Source of the DNA: Tubiluchus corallicola
Taxonomy: Eukaryota > Animalia > Priapulida
NCBI GenBank assembly: GCA_030141605.1
Contig: JAQGDQ010002067.1
Coordinates: 1 to 16,053, forward strand
Reading direction: 5' to 3'
Length of the DNA: 16,053 nucleotides
The notes under the pieces are model-generated. The model saw only the letters and a list, made by a program, of their open reading frames with translations, searched no databases and was not told the DNA's origin. This document shows, one piece after another, positions 1 to 10,963 of the stretch (positions are counted from its first letter, which is position 1; each line of letters opens with the position of its first letter). A program made the translations under genes and the position numbers.

Positions 1-1
1 A

Positions 2-709
2 AATGTGTTCCAAAATGGTCTGTTATGTAGCATTTGTGGAATTTGGCAACACTTGATATGTACTAATCTAACGGCAGAGCAAGACAGTGTTTTAACTAGT
101 GTAGATTCGTGGTACTGTACAAACTGTCTTGCAGATATATTGCCCTTCAATAATATAGAAAATGAAATGCAATTCAAAAACGCTATTGACCTGATCGATT
201 TACCCGATTCTATTACGTTACAACTTAATGGATTACATCTAAATCCATTTGATTATAATGAAAGATTATTGTCTTCACAATATGCTGATTTAGATCCAGA
301 CCTAAACTTCTATAACAGAATTGCTAGATTAAAGTGTGACTATACCACAGATGTCAACCTAAATACTTCTAAAATAAAATCTAACACAAACACGAATGCC
401 AGTGATACTCAACTTTCGATATTCAATCATAATTGTAGAAGCATGTCAAAGAACTTTTGTCATATAACAGATTTACTATCCACGTTGAATGGTGAATTTT
501 CGATCCTATCTTTCACAGAAACCTGGCTTAATGATCAGAATAAAGATCTATTCTCAATTAAACATTATAATCACTACTCAAAAACCCGCAAACAGAGAAC
601 AGGTGGAGGGGTTTCCCTGTATATAAAGGACGATTTAAACACTAAACCTCGTAATGACTTAGACTGTTTCGATGAACAAACCTGTGAATCACTGATTGTA
701 CAGATAAAC
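2..709 (+). mobile_element. CR1-clade non-LTR retrotransposon ORF2 N-terminal fragment (partial PHD finger plus first half of APE endonuclease); open at the window edge, 3'-truncated
   Basis: Translation shows PHD residues (LLCSICGIWQHLIC...WYCTNC), the LPF and DPDLN linker motifs seen in PHD-bearing CR1 ORF2, and APE motifs NHNCRS, TETWL and GGGVSLY. Similarity stops after ESLIVQIN (~709), before the YRPP/GDFN motifs. The listed start at 5 is a GTG inside an open frame. Confidence 0.85.
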
Positions 710-1010
710 ACGGTAGTTTATGATGTTGCTTATCACGGTACCGCGCCTATTTGTCGGCCACACGAGTGTCACAAAAGGCACCTTTGTTAATCTTAATAGA
801 TTCGCTGAGCCACGAGTAGCTTTGAATGTTTAACAAAATTTAATCATCCGTCGTAATTAGTATTTAATCTACGCCTTGATTTAAAAAAAACCGTTGTAGA
901 TTTCAATATTTAAAGCATGCTTAATTTTGGACTAATGTTTAAACAATCGTCCGGTTTTCATTTAAGTTCAATATATCAGTCGAGGAAGTTGTACTATCAT
1001 CCTCTGACTG

Positions 1011-1270
1011 CATGCTCGTACATGCTTGTACATGCTTGTACATGCTCGTACATGCTCATACAAGCTCATACAAGCTCGTACATGCTCGTACATGCTTGTA
1101 TAAGCTCGTACATACTCATACAAGCTCGTACATGCTCATACAAGCTCGTACATGCTCGTACATGCTTGTATAAGCTCGTACATACTCATACGAGCTCGTA
1201 CATGCCCGTACATGCTTGTACATGCTCGTACATGCTCATACATGCTCATACAAGCTTGTACATGCTTGGA
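1011..1270. repeat. 10-bp minisatellite (CATGCTCGTA)n, 26 units
   Basis: Exact 10-bp phase with variants CATGCTTGTA, CAAGCTCATA, TAAGCTCGTA. Block 1081-1130 recurs almost identically at 1151-1200 (70-bp offset). Confidence 0.97.
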
Positions 1271-1987
1271 TGCCCAAAATTTTTTTCAACCAAGAAGCTG
1301 TAAACGGCTTTTTTGTGGCTAAAATTCGCATAGACCGGAAATACTGAGTCATTACTGTATATTAAAATTTAATTTAACACAATAAACTCAATTAAAGAAA
1401 TGCCAAGAAAGCTGGAACTTCGATGCGTCATCGGTCAGAAGTTTTTTACAGAGAAACGAAAAATAAAGATGCATAATTAATAAACCAAAAATGCTTCACC
1501 ATTTATTAGAGTTAGAATGTTTTTAAATCATAAGCTACTTTTTTATTAGGCCACCCTGACTGTTCGTTTTTTAAAACATTTTTAGTCGAGTTGAATAAAA
1601 CTCGTGTGCAATCTGCGCGATCTACTATGTATTCATGTATATGTGACTTTGGGAAAACGTGATTGTACATAAAATTGGGAAAATAATCAGAAAAATCATG
1701 TCCAGTGACGTCACTGACATCAAAGAAATCGCACAATGATATCCACATTAAAGCCTGATTATTGACTCTTCATCTGATTCTGTTTTTACTTTTGGTTGCT
1801 GAAGCTGGATTATCTAGACATAGACATGATTGGTTAGATGGAAAACTTATTTTACTGGGTTCAAGCGCGGAAACCTTTCTTATGTACCAATGTAAAAGCG
1901 CTTTAATGGAGGCACGTTAAATGTCAACAGCATTTTTGAAAAATCACTATTGATATTAAAAGAGTTGAAACTCCTTCATTTTCAGCG

Positions 1988-2233
1988 GAATTGAAAGTGA
2001 CCTTTGACCGCTAACAGCCTTGTCCTTCAACAGAATTGAAAGTGACCTTTTATCCCATATGGCTTTGACCTTCAACAGAATTGAGTGTGACCTTTGACTG
2101 CCAACAGCCTTCACCTTCAGCAGAATTGAAGGTGACCTTTGATCCCTAATGGCTTTGACCTTTAACAGAATTGAGTGTGACCTTTGATCGCTATCGGCCT
2201 TGACCTTAAACACAATTGAAAGTGACCTTTGAT
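1988..2233. repeat. 45-bp tandem repeat, ~5.5 units, alternating A/B variants (90-bp higher-order period)
   Basis: GAATTGAAAGTGACCTTT-like unit starts at 1988, 2033, 2078, 2123, 2168 and 2213. Unit middles alternate between ..AACAGCCTT.. and ..ATGGCTTTGACC.. Confidence 0.93.
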
Positions 2234-2273
2234 CGTTTTCTGAAGAGAATAAGATTTCTTCTAAAATTAGGGA

Positions 2274-2311
2274 TTCGAGAACCATTAATCGAGAACCATT
2301 AATTCGAGAAC
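2274..2311. repeat. 14-15-bp tandem duplication (TCGAGAACCATTAA) x2.5
   Basis: ttcgagaaccattaa tcgagaaccattaa ttcgagaac. Confidence 0.85.
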
Positions 2312-2797
2312 TTCAAATTGGGAGCTTTGAACTACCTATTATAACAGCTGTGGTCTGTAGAAAAATTACAAACCTGCTGGCATCCGAGTTTTTTTAAGGT
2401 TAAATCGACTCAGGACCTGTAATAGCTTACTCGAGCATACAGAACTACTGCACACGCATTAAGAACGTTTAAATATTGCATGACAATCATTTTTGCAAAT
2501 CTCTTCACGGATTTGCGTCGCTTACAAAAATAGATTAACAGATTTGCTCTAGTTTCTCTGCAAGCACCAGCGAAAGCTTATAAAACATTCTTTTGTCCAA
2601 AACACGTCGGGTGAAAGAATTCCTGCTTATCGGTTAATAATTGATTATTTTTCAGGCTAGTGTAATAGATCTTGAGAGTTTTGTGTAAGATTTGTAAGAG
2701 TAAAGGGATATTTTTATGTATAATTAATCATAACGTATGCAGTTTTCAGTTACAACTTCCAGTTGTTAAATATAACTTTTAAAAATATACCTCGACA

Positions 2798-3129
2798 CAA
2801 TAAGCCTTTTCACAGTTCCAGCGATTGATGATGATGATCGTGAAAAGGTCAAAGGTTAAGTGTACCAGACAACACATTTGTGTACACTTGACAACACCTC
2901 GCCGCACATGCTATTGTAATAGCAACAGTTTTAACAGCTAACTAGAACACAGACTAATGCATAATTAAGTAAAGTCCACGTAAAACAACCGAAGCGACTA
3001 AACTGATGCGGCAAGCGGTTTTGCTTTACCCACATGTCTTGTGACGGTTGTAGTTAAGACGCGTTGCTGTGGTACACTGAGCTACAGCAACAGCGCATGC
3101 GCACAACGAAACTGGAAAAAGGTTTATTG
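2798..3129. mobile_element. Putative MITE (~330 bp) with imperfect 22-bp terminal inverted repeats
   Basis: Left CAATAAGCCTTTTCACAGTTCC (2798-2819) matches the reverse complement of right GAAACTGGAAAAAGGTTTATTG (3108-3129) at 18/22. No coding capacity; superfamily not determined. Confidence 0.55.
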
Positions 3130-3538
3130 CAGAAAGAAATTGATGTTCGTGTTGAATTCAAAAAGTTAACAATATTATGAAGAATGGTTCTGATATCTGA
3201 CGCATGCGCAATAACATCACAGCTTTTCGTGCGTCACAATTAGTCTTTCATTTTCTCAAATGTTTCCTATAAAGAAAATGTCTAAGGAGCAGAGGCACCT
3301 TAAAGCAACATCTTTTTTAAATTTTTTGTCCACGATAACCCCAATTATCTCCCTCAATGAAATAAACCAATCAGAAACGGGTAATCGAACGAAGTCGATC
3401 AAAACAAATATTGAAATGGTCACCTATCCATTACGCTGACCCGTCTGGCGTTACTGAACTTTACAAATCACCTCGCCTGAAAGCTCCGAGTCGCAGGACT
3501 AATAATGTTAGTTACTGTAGCAGGTGGGTAAAGATGGA

Positions 3539-3662
3539 TTCTAGTAAGGACAACAATGGCTTCTAGTAAGGACAACAATGGCTTCTAGTAAGAACAACAA
3601 TGGCTTCTAGTAAGGACAACAATGGCTTCTAGTAAGGACAACAATGGCTTCTAGTAAGGACA
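3539..3662. repeat. 22-bp minisatellite (TTCTAGTAAGGACAACAATGGC) x5.6
   Basis: Units at 3539, 3561, 3583, 3605, 3627 and a partial one at 3649; only one substitution among the full units. Confidence 0.97.
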
Positions 3663-4052
3663 GCACGTAGAGACCCAATGAAATAACGAGAAAGGCCACT
3701 GATGGACATGCTCGGTCAATCTGTAACCGATTTTGACTGTTATTGAAGGTTTCCGATATTGAAAGATCAATTCCAGTGACACATTTTCACAACAGTGAAG
3801 CAGTGATCCACTTAATTATGTTATAATAGTATTGTGACGTCATCGTGACGTACGATACAACTTGCGGAATTCTCGAGTGCACTTTCCTATCAGTCGATAA
3901 TACATATTTTTCATCGTGGTTCGATGGTTTAGGAGATATAACTGAATTTTGGCCCCGGTAGGCGCCATCTTGGATTTATGCATATATGGCAAAAATACCA
4001 ATACCGAATTAGGCCGATTTTTGTCAAGGGTACCTGAGAGGCTGAGACCAGA

Positions 4053-4190
4053 TGAATTATGAATTTATTTATTCCACAGCAACTCAAACATACATATAAA
4101 TTGATATAACATTGAAAAAAAATAAACTATGCGAGTTACTGTGAGGAGGAGGAAGGAGCATTTTGCTTTCGAGTCCTCCTCCAGATAAGT
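4053..4190 (-). mobile_element. Probable 3' terminus of a CR1/L2-type LINE (or related SINE) in reverse orientation
   Basis: The minus strand reads stem-loop GGAGGAGGA...TCCTCCTCC, then a second stem CACAGTAACTC...GAGTTGCTGTG, then AATAAATAAA and a short ATTCATAATTCAT tail. This order is typical of CR1/L2 3' ends. Confidence 0.55.
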
Positions 4191-4345
4191 GAAACAATTG
4201 ACAATTAACATTACATTTTCATCAGTTATAGCATACATTATAACAAAATAAGTTTTGTTAGTAAGTTAAGATAAACAATTCCAGATTCTAATAGGAAGAG
4301 CAAAATTCTATTACAAATTGTTCTAGGCTACTTATTATCTTTGTC

Positions 4346-6625
4346 CGCCTATAGAGAATGTATGTGTAAGCTAGGCTACACTGCGCCTATAGAGAATGTA
4401 TGTGTAAGCTAGGCTACACTGCACCTATAGAGAATGCATGTGTAAGCTAGGCTACACTGCACCTATAGAGAATGCATGTGTAAGCTAGGCTACACTGCAC
4501 CTATAGAGAATGCATGTGTAAGCTAGGCTACACTGCACCTATACGGAATGTATGTGTAAGCTAGGCTACACTGCACCTATAGAGAATGTATGTGTAAGCT
4601 AGGCTATACTGCACCTATAGTGAATGTATGTGTAAGCTAGGCTACACTGCACCTATAGAGATTGCATGTGTAAGCTAGGCTAAAATGCACCTATGCAGAA
4701 TGCATGTGTAAGCTAGGCTACACTGCACCTATACAGAATGTATGTGTAAGCTAGGCTACACTGCACCTATAGAGAATGAATGTGTAAGCTAGGCTATACT
4801 GCACCTATAGAGAATGCATGTGTAAGCTAGGCTACACTGCACCTATAGAGAATGCACGTGTAAGCTAGGCTAAAATGCACCTATACAGAATGCATGTGTA
4901 AGCTAGGCTACACTGCACCTATAGAGAATGCATGTGTAAGCTAGGCTACACTGCACCTATAGAGAATGCATGTGTAAGCTAGGCTACACTGCACCTATAC
5001 GGAATGTATGTGTAAGCTAGGCTACACTGCACCTATAGAGAATGTATGTGTAAGCTAGGCTATACTGCACCTATAGAGAATGTATGTGTAAGCTAGGCTA
5101 CACTGCACCTATAGAGAATGCATGTGTAAGCTAGGCTACACTGCACCTATACAGAATGCATGTGTAAGCTAGGCTACACTGCACCTATAGAGAATGTATG
5201 TGTAAGCTAGGCTACACTGCACCTATAGAGAATGTATGTGTAAGCTAGGCTACACTGCACCTATAGAGAATGTATGTGTAAGCTAGGCTACACTGCACCT
5301 ATGGAGAATGCATGTGTAAGCTAGGCTACACTGCACCTATAGAGAATGTATGTGTAAGCTAGGCTACACTGCACCTATAGAGAATGTATGTGTAAGCTAG
5401 GCTATACTGCACCTATAGAGAATGCATGTGTAAGCTAGGCTACACTGCACCTATAGAGAATGCATGTGTAAGCTAGGCTACACTGCACCTATAGAGAATG
5501 TATGTGTAAGCTAGGCTACACTGCACCTATACAGAATGTATGTGTAAGCTAGGCTACACTGCACCTATACAGAATGCATGTGTAAGCTAGGCTACACTGC
5601 ACCTATGGAGAATGTATGTGTAAGCTAGGCTACACTGCACCTATACAGAATGCATGTGTAAGCTAGGCTACACTGCACCTATACAGAATGTATGTGTAAG
5701 CTAGGCTACACTGCACCTCTAGAGAATGCATGTGTAAGCTAAGCTACACTGCACCTATACAGAATGCATGTGTAAGCTAGGCTACACTGCACCTATACAG
5801 AATGCGTGTGTAAGCTAGGCTATACTGGACCTATAGAGAATGCATGTGTAAGCTAGGCTACACTGCACCTCTAGAGAATGCATGTGTAAGCTAAGCTACA
5901 CTGCACCTATACAGAATGCATGTGTAAGCTAGGCTACACTGCACCTATACAGAATGCGTGTGTAAGCTAGGCTATACTGGACCTATAGAGAATGCATGTG
6001 TAAGCTAAGCTACACTGCACCTATACAGAATGCGTGTGTAAGCTAGGCTACACTGCACCTATACAGAATGCATGTGTAAGCTATGCTACACTGCACCTAT
6101 ACAGAATGTATGTGTAAGCTAGGTTATACTGCACCTATACAGAATGTATGTGTAAGCTAGGCTACACTGCACCTATACAGAATGCATGTGTAAGCTAGGC
6201 TACACTGCACCTATACAGAATGTATGTGTAAGCTAGGCTACACTGCACCTATACAGAATGTATGTGTAAGCTAGGTTATACTGCACCTATACAGAATGCA
6301 TGTGTAAGCTAGGTTATGCTGCACCTATACAGAATGCATGTGTAAGCTAGGCTACACTGCACCTATACAGAATGCATGTGTAAGCTAGGCTACACTGCAC
6401 CTATACAGAATGCGTGTGTAAGCTAGGCTACACTGCACCTATAGAGAATGCATGTGTAAGCTAGGCTACACTGCACCTATACAGAATGCATGTGTAAGCT
6501 AGGCTACACTGCACCTATAGAGAATGCATGTGTAAGCTAGGCTACACTGCACCTATACAGAATGCATGTGTAAGCTAGGCTACACTGCACATATACAGAA
6601 TGCATGTGTAAGCTAAGCTACACTG
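4346..6625. repeat. 38-bp satellite/minisatellite (GCACCTATAGAGAATGCATGTGTAAGCTAGGCTACACT), ~60 head-to-tail copies
   Basis: 2280 bp / 38 = 60 units, no spacers, differing only by point substitutions as far as I can see. Confidence 0.99.
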
Positions 6626-7108
6626 AAGTCGGTCTGATAATCCTCCTTCACAATTTCTGTCTTTCAATTACTTTTCCTGAAACTATAAAACGGTGGTGAA
6701 GCAAATAACATAACGATGTGCTAGTTGGTTGATTGTCCTCGATATTTGACTGTTACGAGTGAGTTTAGCAGTTTTACTGCAGACATGACATGACTTCTTA
6801 ACCATTCAACCTTCTTACAAGTCGATAGATATCGTCAGCTTTCAGATAACAAACCTAGCCAACTGTAATTTGTCAAAACAACGCCACTTTTTATTACGCT
6901 CCCTTCTATTATAAAATTTAGCTGCTTGTAATAAACTCTTCTTATAGATTTGTTAAGTTTATTGGACGATTGATTGGGTGAATCGTAGAAAAGACCGCCC
7001 ACGCAAGAGAATGAAATTTACGTCGCAGTGATGAGTTGAAAGCAGGGATGAGCATTCTCAAGTAGAAAACAAATCCGAATTGAACTGAGTTTGAATCGAA
7101 CCGAACGA

Positions 7109-8485
<1,377 letters not shown>

Positions 8486-9057
8486 AAACCCAAGCCTAAT
8501 CAAAACCTGAGCCCCTACACGTCATCAAGTCAGATAAATACACTCAGATGAAATCTTACACCTTGATACCTGCTTTATTCTCTGATCTTACTCTCCATGT
8601 TCAGTCGAGCGTCCAGATTCAAGCCAATATGCATCACTTAACGCTGATACGTCTACGACTGATTAAATGCAAAACTGGTTTCTTATGCTTTCTCTCGCGA
8701 GCATAGCTAAGTGGTCTAATTTTCCAGCTCTAGGGAATGCTTACACTGCACAAGGGCAAGGTGAGCACTCATTTGATACTATATACCTGACCTAACAGAG
8801 CTAAAATGAAACCTTGGATAAATCACGCTGCAAGATAGTAGTGCGTAAAAAATAATTCTTTACGATCATCCCAAATTTCCAATAGCAATGCACGTGGAGT
8901 CTTTCCATTTGACTTGTTCATTGATCTGCGTCAGCTAAAAAAACATGTTTGTTTATCACGGTACGTTGTTGTTGTTTGGTATCAAAAAATGTGGTATACT
9001 GTAGTTACAATAATTACCGGTAAACCTCTTTATACCCACCTACCTTGGGATTACGTA

Positions 9058-9076
9058 ATATATATATATATATATA
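9058..9076. repeat. (AT)n microsatellite just inside the left TIR
   Basis: atatatatatatatatata. Confidence 0.95.
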
Positions 9077-9156
9077 CTATACCAATATAGACATTTTGTT
9101 TTGCTATAAAATTTGAGCATTAACCAAAGTTGGCACTAACGATTTGTTGTAACACC

Positions 9157-9828
9157 AACTTTATAGTGCCAACTTCTATATTGGCATGGACATGTATGTA
9201 TTAATGTACCTCGTTATAATGCCAAACTCGCTATAACGCCAAGTTTATAGTGCCAACTTCTATATTGGCATAGACATGTATGTATTAATGTACCTCGTTA
9301 TAATGCCAAACTCGCTATAACGCCAAGTTTATAGTGCCAACTTCTATATTGGCATAGACATGTATGTATTAAAGTACCTCGTTATAATGCCAAATTCGCT
9401 AGAACGCCAAGTTTATAGTGCCAACTTCTATATTGGCATAGACATGTATGTATTAATGTACCTCGTTATAATGCCAAACTCGCTAGAACTCCTAGTTTAC
9501 AGTGCCAACTTCTATATTGGCATAGACATGTACGTATTAATGTACCTCGTTATAACTCCAAACTCGCTAGAACGCCAAGTTTATAGTGCCAACTTCTATA
9601 TTGGCATAGACATGTATGTATTAATGTACATCGTTATAATGCCAAACTCGCTAGAACGCCAAGTTTATTGTGCCAACTTCTATATTGGCACAGACATATA
9701 TGTATTAATGTGCCTCGTTATAATGCTAAATGCGCTAGAATGCCAAGTTTATAGTGCCAACTTCTATATTGGCACAGACATGTATGTATTAATGTACCTC
9801 GTTATAATGCCAAACTTGCTAGAACGCC
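9157..9828. repeat. 84-bp tandem repeat, 8 copies, inside the MITE
   Basis: Units start at 9157, 9241, 9325, 9409, 9493, 9577, 9661 and 9745. The 28-aa periodicity of ORF 9360-9866 reflects it. Confidence 0.98.
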
Positions 9829-10006
9829 ATCTGCAATCCCAAAGTAGGAGGTATAAAGAGGTTTAAATGTATACTATCTTTATTCGCATATAGACACAGC
9901 TATACGCACTGACACAAAAATATGAATAATACAATAATAGTACGTTTGATATACAATATTAGTACAACTGATAATAGTACATAGGCATTAATACATACAT
10001 GTTTAT

Positions 10007-10429
10007 GGTCAGGACGGGCACCCGCCTGTAAAAACTGCGCCAAAACCTTCTATGAATGAGTCGGTGAGACTTAAAGGGAAAGTCCACAAAGAAGTGGTCA
10101 GACCCGCTCTAATCTATGGGCTGGAAGCAGCTTCTCTAAAGAAGACCGAAGAGAAGAAAATGGGTGTGGTGGAGATGAGGATGTTGAGATGGATGGTGGG
10201 AATAACAAGAAGAGATAAAATTAGAAATAATAATATTCAGAGGAACAGTAAAAGTAGTGGAAGCCTCGCAAGATTGCGATGGTATGGACACCTGAAAAGA
10301 AGAGTCGGTGAAGATCATGTGGGAAGGGAAGGGAAGACATAAATGAAGAGATGGTCAACAACAGGAATGCATGGAGAAGACTCATTCACAACGGCGGCCC
10401 CGCATAGGGAAAAGCTGGGAAGAAGAAGA
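10007..10429 (+). mobile_element. Degenerate, internally deleted RTE-clade (Expander/Rex3-like) retrotransposon
   Basis: Post-RT peptide LKGKVHKEVVRPALIYGLE...EMRMLRWMVGITRRDKIRN...RLRWYGHLKRR is typical of RTE. A shifted frame gives EEMVNNRNAWRRLIHNGGPA* (stop 10405-10407), followed by a (GAA)n tail at 10419-10429. 10007-10047 (GGTCAGGACGGGCACCCGCCTGTAAAAAC) resembles the conserved RTE 5' motif, recalled from memory rather than searched. Confidence 0.88.
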
Positions 10430-10904
10430 TAAAGAGGGGAAGGATTATAACGAGGTTTATTATTATTCCTTATTTATATAAATAACACATTTTGTACATG
10501 ACTAAAAGTAAACAGCAAGGTTATGCTGCCATGCTACGAACTTGGGCGAATCTGTGTATACCTGACAGCGCCATCTTTTGCATGAAACAAGTAATTTTGA
10601 CAGCACGTGTAGCTGTTACTTAGCCTAAAATCGTGCTGATTTTTAGTGCAATGGCGTCTTTCGTGTATTTATAACTTTTCCGTAAACGCGTAATTTACCT
10701 TCTCAAAATTTTTAATTTAGAATTTACCTCTTTTTATTAGGCAGGAAGGGCTGAATGGTCATGGTGTGCCTAGCCCCTGGTAGACAATTTCGTTAAGGAT
10801 GCATAAAAATCCCAACTCTGCATGATATCTTCTTGCTGCTCAAGTTTCTTCATTCTCTATGAGTTTCTAGTCCAAAGACAATCGTGCAATAATTATTGTA
10901 GTGG

Positions 10905-10963
10905 CAAGTTAGTGAATGATGGATTCCAAAACTGCCAAGTGAGTGAATGATGGATCCAAAACT
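10905..10963. repeat. ~30-bp tandem duplication
   Basis: caagttagtgaatgatggattccaaaact / caagtgagtgaatgatggatccaaaact. Confidence 0.85.

Larger units (their letters stand above)
9017..9869. mobile_element. Non-autonomous Tc1/mariner-pogo-like MITE with ~37-bp TIRs and TA target-site duplication, carrying an internal tandem array
   Basis: Left TA|CCGGTAAACCTCTTTATACCCACCTACCTTGGGATT; right AATCCCAAAGTAGGAGGTATAAAGAGGTTTAAATG|TA. About 33/40 match as inverted repeats including the TAs (9015-9016, 9870-9871). Termini resemble the pogo/Tigger CAGTNNAACCTC pattern. Confidence 0.8.

Noticed and set aside
710-790. C-terminal 26 aa of ORF 5-790 as part of the LINE protein
   Set aside because: It lacks the expected endonuclease motifs; read-through into unrelated sequence.
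917-1303. 128-aa ORF rich in Cys/His/Tyr/Met
   Set aside because: Translation of the 10-bp minisatellite cycling through frames; no domain.
4053-4190. 3' end of the CR1 element at 2-709
   Set aside because: Opposite orientation, so it cannot be the simple continuation of that copy.
4346-6625. CRISPR array (38-bp partly palindromic repeat)
   Set aside because: Units are head-to-tail with no unique spacers, there are no cas genes, and the context is eukaryotic (spliceosomal intron, LINEs).
8691-8703. TCTCGCGAG(A)-like promoter motif
   Set aside because: Single imperfect match with no supporting CpG-rich promoter context.
9360-9866. 168-aa protein with 28-aa repeats
   Set aside because: It is the 84-bp array inside a MITE; the first two units carry an in-frame TAA.
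10136-10318. 60-aa minus-strand ORF
   Set aside because: Antisense shadow of the RTE fragment.
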